From the NCBI GenBank assembly GCA_947632705.1, contig CANRQE010000006.1:2974-66973 (forward strand): a stretch of DNA of 64,000 bases. The letters run 5' to 3'. The notes below the pieces were generated by a model, which was not told the origin of the DNA, did not search any database, and was given only the letters and a program-made list of their open reading frames with translations. The DNA comes from an uncultured Coprococcus sp. (lineage in GTDB: Bacteria; Bacillota; Clostridia; Lachnospirales; Lachnospiraceae). Positions within the stretch are counted from its first letter, which is position 1. Each line of letters begins with the position of its first letter. A program made the position numbers and the translations under genes. Shown here piece by piece: positions 39,501 to 47,791 of the stretch.

Positions 39501-39781
39501 GACTGTCCGCCCAGATTCGGCAGGATGGCATCCGGTCTTTCCTTTTTGATAATCTCCTCAAGTCTATCTACATTCAACGGCTCAATATAAGTGACATCTG
39601 CAATTCCGGGATCTGTCATAATGGTTGCCGGATTGGAATTCACCAGCACGATCTCATATCCCAGCTTGCGAAGCGCCTTACATGCCTGTGTACCTGAATA
39701 GTCGAATTCACATGCCTGTCCGATAATGATAGGTCCTGAACCGATAATTAAAACCTTATGAATATCTTCTCTTTTTCCCAT
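36563..39781 (-). CDS. carB: Carbamoyl-phosphate synthase large subunit
   Basis: IGSGPIIIGQACEFDYSG, two ATP-grasp halves (EINPRTSRSS, EANPRASRTVP), GGGPNRIGQGIEFDY, C-terminal MGS domain. Start moved to 39781. Confidence 0.97.
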   Translation of the reverse strand: MGKREDIHKVLIIGSGPIIIGQACEFDYSGTQACKALRKLGYEIVLVNSNPATIMTDPGIADVTYIEPLNVDRLEEIIKKERPDAILPNLGGQSGLNLCSELSTKGVLDKYGVKVIGVQIDAIERGEDRIEFKNTMTKLGIEMARSEVAYSVEEALAIADRLGYPVVLRPAYTMGGAGGGLVYNVEELKTVCARGLQASLVGQVLVEESIIGWEELELEVVRDAKNNMITVCFIENIDPMGVHTGDSFCSAPMLTISKEVQNRLQEQAYKIVSEVQVIGGTNVQFAHDPVTDRIVVIEINPRTSRSSALASKATGFPIALVSAMLASGLTLDEIPCGKYGTLDRYVPDGDYVVIKFARWAFEKFKGVEDKLGTQMRAVGEVMSIGKTYKEAFQKAIRSLEIGRYGLGFAKDFNNKSKEELLGMLHVPNSERQFIMYEALRKGATVEELYALTKIKTYFIEQMKELVEEEEALLAHKGSVPSAEVLTQAKKDGFSDRYLAQLLEVSEQEIREARIAIGVEEAWEGVHVSGTKDSAYYYSTYNAEDKSVVKEDRQKIMILGGGPNRIGQGIEFDYCSVHAALALKKLGFETIIVNCNPETVSTDYDTSDKLYFEPLTLEDVLSIYKKEKPVGIIAQFGGQTPLNLAAELEKNGVKILGTSPAVIDMAEDRDLFRAMMDKLGIPMPEAGMAVNVAEAKEVAAKIGYPVMVRPSYVLGGRGMEVVYDEESMESYMAAAVGVTPDRPILIDRFLRHAMECEADAISDGTHAFVPAVMEHIELAGIHSGDSACIIPSLHISEENLETIKEYTRKIAEEMHVCGLMNMQYAIENGKVYVIEANPRASRTVPLVSKVCNISMVPIATDIITSELTGRPSPVPELKEKHIPHYGVKEAVFPFNMFPEVDPLLGPEMRSTGEVLGLADTFGEAFYKAQEATQTVLPLEGTALISVNNADKPEVMEVVKDLTDAGFKLVATGHTYEAIRKNGFEAELVNKMHEGRPNIYDKITNKEIQLVINTPVGKQSVYDDSYVRKAAIKAKVPYVTTIAAAKAAAKGILEVKKSSGLKVTSLQELHGRIQ

Positions 39782-39954
39782 GGTATCCTCCAATTTAAAA
39801 TAATCTTTCCATATCATACCATAAAAAAAAAATAAAATAAAGTAACAAGCCTCTCATTTTTTATTCCTTTTATATTTCCCCCAAAAAAATAAAAGAAAAG
39901 CAGAAAATTTATAAAAAATTTTCTTTTTAGACATAAAATATATGGTTGTTCGAA

Positions 39955-39983
39955 TTGAAAAAGGAATTTTTTTATTATAAAAT
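39955..39983 (+). promoter_or_regulatory. SigA-type promoter for the second GGDEF gene
   Basis: TTGAAA-N17-TAAAAT. Confidence 0.6.
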
Positions 39984-40024
39984 GTATATACTTATACCTT
40001 ACAAAAAGGAGGTTTGGACTAAAA

Positions 40025-42361
40025 GTGGAACAGCGGTTAAATATCGGTCTTTTTATTGATGACATTGATGCCGTGTTTACAAGTGAAGCAGTCAAGGGTG
40101 CGGAGCTGGGTGCCATTGCAATCAATGCCAACCTGTACATATTTCCCGGTATGTACTTAGACAGTGTTTCAGATATTTCAGATGACCATATGCGCTATGA
40201 ATATCAATATAATACTCTGTTTCAGTTTGCCGACGAAAATCATCTGGATATTCTTTATGTCATGATGGGAATGATCGGAGCCCGGATCAGTCAGGAAGAA
40301 CGGGTTGCTTTCCTGAAACAATATCTGAACATACCGATCGTTAATCTCTATACACAGATGGAGGAGTATCCCTCTATTATCTTTGACAACCAGACTGCTT
40401 TTATGCAGGCGATCCGCCATCTGATTACAGATCATCATGTGACTAAGGTCGGCTACGTCAGCGGTCCAAAAACAAATATTGACGCCATGGAACGTTTGGA
40501 AGCCTATAAAAAGGTTCTGGCAGAAACCGGCATTCCTTACAATGAGGACTATGTGATCTATGGAAACTTTGAAGAAAGCAGCGAAGAAATAATCGGTACG
40601 TTTGTTGCCGCTCATCCGGAAATCAGAGCCTTGGCCTTTGCAAACGACAGAATGGCGCTTGGCGGCTATCACGCCTTTGAAAAGATGAACCTGAAGGTCG
40701 GTCAGGATATTCTGGTCGTCAGCTTTGACAATTCCTCCTTTGCCCCGAACCTGACTCCTCCGCTGACCACCGTAGAAGCAAATGCCGCCGAACTTTCCTA
40801 TAAAGCAATCGCAAATGCAGAATATGTGATCAAACATAAGCGGCTGGATGATATCAGAGTTGACACGCACTTCATCAAACGGTCCTCCTGCGGCTGTCCA
40901 AACTTCAGTTATCAGACCGTATCCGAACGTCTCGGAATCAGACAGATGCTAAAGGAGGGCAGTCATACAGCGTTACTGAAACGGATTCAGGATTATCTGT
41001 TTGGTGAATATGCAGAAGGGGACACACTCCGCCAGATTAAAGATGATCTTGCCGTATTTATGAAAATACTTTGCGATATGATTACAGAAAATCAGCAGGA
41101 GGCATACGAAAAGGATATTAATATTATCTTTTCCCAGATTATTTCCAGACCGATCTTCCGATATACAACGGCGGAGCTGTTTTTTGACGTGCTGATGGCT
41201 CTGCAATACGACCTCCGGGAATCACTGCCGGATGCCGGCAGACAACTGAAGCTGATGGAACTCTTCTCCGGCTTTTACAGGGAACTGGCCATCATTAACT
41301 GGCAGGTTATTCAAGGACAACAAGAAGGCATGGAACAGATGACCAGACTGATCAACAATATGACGGTTGATATGTTCCGGCCGAATGGCCGGGGACAGAT
41401 TCCCTATGAACGGGCCTTAGACGATCTTTCAGCAATCGGGATGAAAAGCGCATGGCTGTTTACCTATGAAAAGCCAATCTATCATCCGAAAAATTTATCC
41501 TTTAAACGTCCTGATCATATGCTGCTTCGGGCATATTTGAACGAAAACAGAGCATTTGGAGTACCGGACGAACAGCAGATGATTTCTTCCGGTGCAATAC
41601 TGAACCATCCCCTGATGCCGCAAAACCGCCGTAAAACCATGGTGATGTCTCCGTTATTTTCCTGTGAGGAACTGTATGGCGTCCTGGTCAGCGAGATGCA
41701 TTATACCCATTTCCGCAATCTGGAACCTGTCACGGTACAGATTTCCATTGCGCTGCGCTCTCTCCTGCTTTTGGAAGAACAAAATAAAATTCATAAGCAG
41801 CTGCAGAAGAATCTGGCTCAGATGTCAGAAAATAACGTCGTTTTATCCGAGATTTCCAAGACAGATCAGCTTACGGGATTATATAACCGATGGGGATTTA
41901 TGGAAAATGTCCACTCGGTTCTTTCCAATCCAAGGAACAGCGGAAAAGAGCTTCTGGTACTTTATGCGGACATGGATAATCTGAAGATGATCAATGATAA
42001 TTACGGACACGACGACGGTGATTTTGCCCTGACAGAAATTGCTGCAATTTTAAAAGAAGCCTTCCGGAGTACTGACATTATTGCCAGATTCGGAGGGGAT
42101 GAATTCGTTGCGCTTGCTTTGTTTGGTATTCCCGATTTTGAAAATATCATGAAACGGCGCATTGCAGAAATCACGGAACGGCATAACCAAATGGCAAAGA
42201 AGCCCTACCGGATCGATATGAGCTGCGGTATCTGTGAGGTCATCTGTGATCCCTCTCTGAAAATCAACAGTGTTCTGGAAATTGCAGACCGCAAATTATA
42301 TATGGAAAAAAAGAAAAAGAAGGAACAAATGAAGGTTCCTATCAATACGGAAACTGAATAA
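40025..42361 (+). CDS. Diguanylate cyclase with an N-terminal LacI-like sensor domain (paralog 2)
   Basis: RLNIGLF start, AFANDRMALG, VVSFDN, PPLTTV motifs, RSTD I-site and intact GGDEF. GTG start after AGGAGG. Confidence 0.9.
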   Translation: MEQRLNIGLFIDDIDAVFTSEAVKGAELGAIAINANLYIFPGMYLDSVSDISDDHMRYEYQYNTLFQFADENHLDILYVMMGMIGARISQEERVAFLKQYLNIPIVNLYTQMEEYPSIIFDNQTAFMQAIRHLITDHHVTKVGYVSGPKTNIDAMERLEAYKKVLAETGIPYNEDYVIYGNFEESSEEIIGTFVAAHPEIRALAFANDRMALGGYHAFEKMNLKVGQDILVVSFDNSSFAPNLTPPLTTVEANAAELSYKAIANAEYVIKHKRLDDIRVDTHFIKRSSCGCPNFSYQTVSERLGIRQMLKEGSHTALLKRIQDYLFGEYAEGDTLRQIKDDLAVFMKILCDMITENQQEAYEKDINIIFSQIISRPIFRYTTAELFFDVLMALQYDLRESLPDAGRQLKLMELFSGFYRELAIINWQVIQGQQEGMEQMTRLINNMTVDMFRPNGRGQIPYERALDDLSAIGMKSAWLFTYEKPIYHPKNLSFKRPDHMLLRAYLNENRAFGVPDEQQMISSGAILNHPLMPQNRRKTMVMSPLFSCEELYGVLVSEMHYTHFRNLEPVTVQISIALRSLLLLEEQNKIHKQLQKNLAQMSENNVVLSEISKTDQLTGLYNRWGFMENVHSVLSNPRNSGKELLVLYADMDNLKMINDNYGHDDGDFALTEIAAILKEAFRSTDIIARFGGDEFVALALFGIPDFENIMKRRIAEITERHNQMAKKPYRIDMSCGICEVICDPSLKINSVLEIADRKLYMEKKKKKEQMKVPINTETE

Positions 42362-42366
42362 AATCA

Positions 42367-42405
42367 GGGCATGCCTCACTTTTGTGTGACATGCCCCTTT
42401 TTGTT
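42367..42405. terminator. Terminator between convergent GGDEF2 and glnA
   Basis: GGGCATG...CATGCCC stem followed by a T run. Confidence 0.7.
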
Positions 42406-42461
42406 TCTTATGTAAGTTCTATCCAGTCTGTCATAGGAGAAATACGATAACCGGCTCCGGC

Positions 42462-44570
42462 TTACTGTTCAAACAACAGCTGCTCATAAGTCGGGAATGG
42501 CCAAACATCCTTTGGAAGCTCTTTCTCCAGCTCGTCTGCTGGCTTTCTGACGTCATCGAAAGCTGCAAATACAACATCATGGTAATATTTTGCCCATGCC
42601 TGCACATCGTCTGTCAGAGTATCCGCTTTTGCTGTAAGCTCCTCCAATTTCTCTGTCGCCTTCTTTAACTCCTGAATCTTATTGGATATGATCTCAAGAA
42701 GGGAAATCTGTACGGTCGGCTCAATGCCCAGCGCTTTGATCTCCGCCGCACCTTTCGCAAGCTCTGCCTGATATGACATAACCGCAGGAATGATTTCCTC
42801 ATTTGACATTTCGATCATCGTCAGAGCTTCGATATGAATCTTCTTTGCATAATTTTCAAGCATGACATCTGCTCTGGCCTGAAGTTCCGCTCTGTTCAAA
42901 ACGCCCTGTCTTTCAAAAATCTCCACATTCTTTTCAGATGCAAGATACGGCACCGCATCCACCATACATCTGATATTCGGCAGACCGCGCCTTTCTGCCT
43001 CTTTTACCCATTCCTCTGAATAACCGTTCCCATTGAAGATAATGTCCCGATGCTCTGTCAGAAGCTCACGCACCATTTTCTTTACGGCTGCTTCAAAATC
43101 CTCCGCTTTTTCCAGCTCATCTACCATTTTGCCCAGCTGGTCAGCAACTATTGTATTCAATACCATCATAGGAAACGCAATACTCTGAGTCGAACCAACC
43201 ATTCTGAATTCAAATTTATTGCCGGTAAAGGCGAACGGAGACGTCCTGTTCCGGTCTGTTGCATCCATAGTAAAGCTTGGCAGTGTACTTGTACCTGACA
43301 CATATTTCTTACCCTTTAACGAAGAGGTTGCCTCGCCTTTTTCAATGATCTGATTGACAATATCCTCCAGCTGTTCTCCAAGATATGCGGAAATGATTGC
43401 CGGCGGCGCTTCGTTTGCACCAAGTCTGTGGTCATTTCCCGGTGAGGATGCGGACAGACGGAGCAGCTCCGCATTGTTATGAACGGCTGCCAGAATAGCG
43501 GCAAGGAAGAACTGGAACTGCAGATTCTTCTCCGGCTCTTTTCCCGGATCAATTAGATTTTCGCCCTCATCGGTCGTCAGAGACCAGTTATTATGTTTTC
43601 CGGAGCCGTTTACGCCTGCAAAAGGCTTCTCATACAGCACACACGCAAGATTATGCTTAGCGGCAACCTTCTTCATGGTAGCCATGACCAGATGGTTCTG
43701 ATCCGTTGCAATATTGGTGGTTGAAAAAATCGGTGCCAGCTCATGCTGTGCCGGTGCAACCTCGTTATGCTGAGTTTTTGCGAGAATACCGAATTTCCAC
43801 AATTCCTCATTCAGCTCCGTCATATATTCTGCTATCTTATCCTTGATTGCACCGAAATACTGGTCATCCAGTTCCTGTCCCTTTGGCGGCATGGCGCCGA
43901 ATAAAGTACGGCCGGTCAGCTTCAGGTCCGTTCTCTTATCAAACTTATCTTTATCAATCAGGAAATACTCCTGCTCCGGTCCAACTGAAGCGGTAACCTT
44001 AATTGCCGTTGTATTACCAAACATCCGGAGTGCACGAAGTGCCTGATGATTGACTGCATCCATGGAGCGAAGCAGCGGGGTCTTATAATCCAAGGACTCA
44101 CCCATATAGGAGGTAAATGCTGCCGGGATGCAAAGAATACAGGTTCCTTCTGTTGTCGTCTTCACAAATGCAGGTGATGTACAATCCCATGCTGTATAAC
44201 CTCTTGCAGAGCAGGTTTCACGCAAACCGCCTGACGGAAACGAGGATGCATCCGGTTCAGCCTTGATCAGTTCCTTGCCTGTAAACTGAAGAATCACGCC
44301 TCCGTCTCCGACTGTACTGATAAAAGAATCATGTTTTTCTGCTGTAGTTTCGGTAAGCGGCTGGAACCAATGCGTATAGTGTGTAGCGCCTAATTCCATC
44401 GCCCACTCCTTCATAGCGGCAGCGACGGAATCAGCAATGGATGTATCGAGCGGTTCACCCTTATCGATGGTTGCGCGCAGGGATTTGTAAACTGCTTTCG
44501 GAAGGCGCTGTCTCATAACCTGATCGGAAAATACATGGGAGCCAAACACGGCTGAAATTTTGTTCATCAT
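42462..44570 (-). CDS. glnA: Glutamine synthetase type III
   Basis: 702 aa; THYTHWFQPLT, EPDASSFPSGGLR, GPEQEYFL, HNEVAPAQHE, GSGKHNNWS, NRTSPFAFTGNKFEFR motifs. Confidence 0.95.
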   Translation of the reverse strand: MMNKISAVFGSHVFSDQVMRQRLPKAVYKSLRATIDKGEPLDTSIADSVAAAMKEWAMELGATHYTHWFQPLTETTAEKHDSFISTVGDGGVILQFTGKELIKAEPDASSFPSGGLRETCSARGYTAWDCTSPAFVKTTTEGTCILCIPAAFTSYMGESLDYKTPLLRSMDAVNHQALRALRMFGNTTAIKVTASVGPEQEYFLIDKDKFDKRTDLKLTGRTLFGAMPPKGQELDDQYFGAIKDKIAEYMTELNEELWKFGILAKTQHNEVAPAQHELAPIFSTTNIATDQNHLVMATMKKVAAKHNLACVLYEKPFAGVNGSGKHNNWSLTTDEGENLIDPGKEPEKNLQFQFFLAAILAAVHNNAELLRLSASSPGNDHRLGANEAPPAIISAYLGEQLEDIVNQIIEKGEATSSLKGKKYVSGTSTLPSFTMDATDRNRTSPFAFTGNKFEFRMVGSTQSIAFPMMVLNTIVADQLGKMVDELEKAEDFEAAVKKMVRELLTEHRDIIFNGNGYSEEWVKEAERRGLPNIRCMVDAVPYLASEKNVEIFERQGVLNRAELQARADVMLENYAKKIHIEALTMIEMSNEEIIPAVMSYQAELAKGAAEIKALGIEPTVQISLLEIISNKIQELKKATEKLEELTAKADTLTDDVQAWAKYYHDVVFAAFDDVRKPADELEKELPKDVWPFPTYEQLLFEQ

Positions 44571-44610
44571 AATAATATACTTCCTTTCCTGTATAATTTC
44601 CTACATGATA

Positions 44611-44706
44611 AAACAAAAAAGGTGTCCTCAAAATGAGAACACCTTTGTTCGTTTCGCCATATTTATTTGATATGAATAAAATACTCTAGCTGTGCAAAAA
44701 AATCAA
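44611..44706 (-). promoter_or_regulatory. glnA leader: putative promoter plus intrinsic terminator overlapped by an ANTAR-like hairpin
   Basis: TTGATT-N17-TATTTT, then a GAAC-AAAGGT-GTTC hairpin overlapping a 13-bp terminator stem (AAAGGTGTTCTCA/TGAGGACACCTTT) with a T tract. Confidence 0.55.
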
Positions 44707-44770
44707 GCCCTAATTTGAAAAAAATCGAAAAATATTTTTTATTCCCTTTTCAGAAACCATAAAAAACCGG

Positions 44771-45991
44771 TTATTTACTTACTTTTCTGAAATTTTTCTT
44801 TCCTCTTCTGACAACAATTCCTTCCCCTTCAAAGGATGCTTCCGGAATCACGGCAGCAATATCAGCAATCTTTGCTCCGTCTACGGCAACGCCGCCCTGC
44901 TCTACCGCTCTGCGCCCTTCATTTCTGGACGCCACAAGTCCTGATTTCACAAGGACGGACACGATATCGATCCCGCCATCCTTAAAATCCGAATCTGTCA
45001 GGACGACAGAAGGCATATCCGCTGCCACTCCCTTAGAAAACAAGGCTCTGGCACTCTCCTGTGCTTTTACGGCTTCCTCCTCGCCATGTACCAGCTTCGT
45101 AAGCTCATATGCCAGAATTTCCTTGGCCTGATTCAGCTGGCTGCCCTCCCAGGTATCCATGCGGTCAATCTCCTCAAGCGGCAGGAAGGTCAGCATACGG
45201 ATACATTTTAAAACATCCGCATCCGCAACATTCCTCCAGTACTGATAGAACTCAAACGGAGATGTCTTCTCAGGGTCCAGCCATACAGCTCCCTTCTGGG
45301 TCTTTCCCATCTTCTTTCCCTCGGAATTCAAAAGGAGGGTAATTGTCATGGCATAAGCATCCTTTCCGAGCTTTCTGCGGATCAATTCTGTACCGCCAAG
45401 CATATTGCTCCACTGGTCATCCCCGCCAAACTGCATATTACATCCATATTTCTGATAGAGCTCATAAAAGTCATAGCTCTGCATAATCATATAGTTAAAT
45501 TCCAAAAAGCTTAAGCCCTTCTCCATCCTCTGCTTATAGCATTCCGCACGCAGCATATTATTCACAGAAAAATGCGGTCCCACTTCCCTTAGCAGATCAA
45601 TATAATTCAGATCCATCAGCCAGTCAGCATTATTGACCATCAGGGCTTTTCCGTCAGAAAAATCTATAAATCTGCTCATCTGCTTTTTAAAGCATTCGAT
45701 ATTATGCTGGATGGTCTCCTTTGTCATCATCTGCCGCATATCGGTACGCCCGGACGGGTCTCCGATCATACCGGTACCGCCGCCTAATAATGCGATCGGC
45801 TTATTTCCTGCCATCTGCAGACGCTTCATCAGACACAGCGCCATAAAATGCCCTACATGCAGGCTGTCCGCCGTCGGATCAAAACCAATATAAAACGTGG
45901 CTTTCCCGTTATTGACCAATTCTCTGATTTCTTTCTCGTCTGTCGTCTGGGCAATCAGACCTCTTGCTACCAGCTCCTCATAAATTTCCAT
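44771..45991 (-). CDS. tyrS: Tyrosine--tRNA ligase
   Basis: [15 protein letters not shown] (HIGH), [19 protein letters not shown] (KMSKS), C-terminal S4 domain. Confidence 0.97.
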   Translation of the reverse strand: MEIYEELVARGLIAQTTDEKEIRELVNNGKATFYIGFDPTADSLHVGHFMALCLMKRLQMAGNKPIALLGGGTGMIGDPSGRTDMRQMMTKETIQHNIECFKKQMSRFIDFSDGKALMVNNADWLMDLNYIDLLREVGPHFSVNNMLRAECYKQRMEKGLSFLEFNYMIMQSYDFYELYQKYGCNMQFGGDDQWSNMLGGTELIRRKLGKDAYAMTITLLLNSEGKKMGKTQKGAVWLDPEKTSPFEFYQYWRNVADADVLKCIRMLTFLPLEEIDRMDTWEGSQLNQAKEILAYELTKLVHGEEEAVKAQESARALFSKGVAADMPSVVLTDSDFKDGGIDIVSVLVKSGLVASRNEGRRAVEQGGVAVDGAKIADIAAVIPEASFEGEGIVVRRGKKNFRKVSK

Positions 45992-46100
45992 TTTTATCTT
46001 TCCTCCAAAATTATGTAAACTTATTTATGTAAACTTTCTATGCGTCAGAACCCATGAAGCTTCCATGTCTGTAACAGCATGAATGCATTCATTATACAAC

Positions 46101-46130
46101 CTTCCCAGCCGGTTTGACAACCCTAAGATT
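46101..46130 (-). promoter_or_regulatory. SigA-type promoter for tyrS
   Basis: TTGTCA-N18-TATAAT on the minus strand. Confidence 0.55.
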
Positions 46131-46140
46131 TTACGCCTGC

Positions 46141-47757
46141 CTATGACTGCATCTCCTGTCTTTTCTCATATCTGCACATCCCTATGATGAGAGCTGCCAG
46201 TAAAAACACATACGGTGTCGTAATGGACTGATTCAGGTTGAAAAAAGCCTGAATCAGATAGGAACATAAAGCCAGGCCCAGTGCGGACAGCTCCGGTTTT
46301 TTTCTGCTATACCGGACACAGGCTGCTAAGACAGACGCCATCAGCCCAAGATAAGAAAACAAACCAAAGAGTCCCATGGTCACAAGATATTGTAAATACT
46401 CATTATGCGCATTGTCATATACGGTGCCGGTTATCTGCAGCATTTCATCATAGTAACCGGCATACATCAGGGCCCGGACAGATTCATTTCCATTGCCGAA
46501 TATCTTTTTTGCAAGCGGAAAATTCATATACAGTTCTCCTAACCGCTTCCAGATATATCCCCGATAGGTGCCCCATTGGTCATTAAACGTAAAAATGTCC
46601 CAATGATTTCTCACTCCATAGACAAATACAGTTAACATAACTACAAAAACAGCACATGCCGTAAAAACGATTTTCTTTCTGACGTCTGTTTTTTTCTGTT
46701 TTTCTTTCTTGGAAATAAGGTTCCATGCTACGAAACAAATCAGAAACACTCCCACCAAAGGCAGCAAAATCTCTGTATGCAGGGCAAGTCTGTTAAACCC
46801 TGTCAGCTTTCTGGTCTCTATGTGGCTGTACCGGTTCAGACACGCCATAGCCGTATAACCTGCGCTTCCAAGGACTGCAATCTGAAAGAAAGCGGTCAGC
46901 CTGTCCTGATAGAGCGCTATAAACAAAAGTCCAAGGACTGCCGCCCCACAGCCTGCATATGCAATATCGCTGTTGGCAGCTATCACCGCAGCAAATCCCA
47001 AAAAAATACTGCATCCATAAAGTATTTTCTTCCAGAGAACCTGCTCCAATAAATAGCATCCGCAAAACAAAGCCAGCGTAATGCAGATAAAGCTTGCAAA
47101 TGTATTGATATTCCCAAAGGTTGATATAAAACTGTTTTTCTGCCTTACCGCAACGTCCTCTAATAACCGGAATACATCCAGTTTCATATGCTGCAAAATA
47201 CCAAGTATGTAGGTTAGGACAGAAACGGCTGAAAACACAGGAAACAAATAGGAATGCAGCCGGCAGCCGTACGACAGGCAAAGATACAGAAGAAACACCA
47301 GAAGAATAAACTGGAGTCCGCATCTTCTTCCCATCTCTCCCGTAAAAGCCTCGCGTTTGTGATCCGCCATCAGCCACGCAAAAAATCCGGCGGCTAAAAA
47401 CAGGCACATAAACACATCCGCCGGCATCAGCCATTTGCGCAGGTTTTCCTTTCCCAGACAAAACTTTTTTTCAGATCTTCCGGTCTTTTTTTTCTTATAT
47501 CCCACATCTGACAGCTGGAAACAAACGGCCGGCACCATCAGACATGCAAAGCAGAGCACGCCGAACATAAACAGTCTGTATTTTGTAATCGTTATATCAA
47601 AATACTTATTATGCATATATAACGGATACACCACAAACATATAACACAAAAACAGGGATGTTACCATTCCTGTCAGTGTCTGTCCTTCCGGAAGCCCTGT
47701 CTCAGCCTTCCGGTTATATTGTCTTGTTTTTCTTTTTACTGCTTTTGTTTTCGCCAT
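46141..47757 (-). CDS. O-antigen ligase/Wzy_C-like polytopic membrane protein
   Basis: About 12 hydrophobic segments, STFGN-N, RGYIW and NAHNEYLQ...GLFG motifs. Confidence 0.7.
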   Translation of the reverse strand: MAKTKAVKRKTRQYNRKAETGLPEGQTLTGMVTSLFLCYMFVVYPLYMHNKYFDITITKYRLFMFGVLCFACLMVPAVCFQLSDVGYKKKKTGRSEKKFCLGKENLRKWLMPADVFMCLFLAAGFFAWLMADHKREAFTGEMGRRCGLQFILLVFLLYLCLSYGCRLHSYLFPVFSAVSVLTYILGILQHMKLDVFRLLEDVAVRQKNSFISTFGNINTFASFICITLALFCGCYLLEQVLWKKILYGCSIFLGFAAVIAANSDIAYAGCGAAVLGLLFIALYQDRLTAFFQIAVLGSAGYTAMACLNRYSHIETRKLTGFNRLALHTEILLPLVGVFLICFVAWNLISKKEKQKKTDVRKKIVFTACAVFVVMLTVFVYGVRNHWDIFTFNDQWGTYRGYIWKRLGELYMNFPLAKKIFGNGNESVRALMYAGYYDEMLQITGTVYDNAHNEYLQYLVTMGLFGLFSYLGLMASVLAACVRYSRKKPELSALGLALCSYLIQAFFNLNQSITTPYVFLLAALIIGMCRYEKRQEMQS

Positions 47758-47791
47758 CTTATATCCTGTGACCGCTTTCTTTTTTGTATCC

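Noticed and set aside
36563-39781. carB without adjacent carA as an anomaly
   Set aside because: Unlinked carA and carB are common in Clostridia, and the gene itself is intact.
39823-39832. A10 homopolymer near the carB promoter as a phase-variation tract
   Set aside because: It lies in a very AT-rich intergenic region, and no convincing -35 depends on its length.
46793-47461. 222-aa alternative-frame ORF inside the O-antigen-ligase-like gene
   Set aside because: Fully nested in another frame with no motif or clear RBS. The host ORF is continuous, so there is no evidence of a frameshift.
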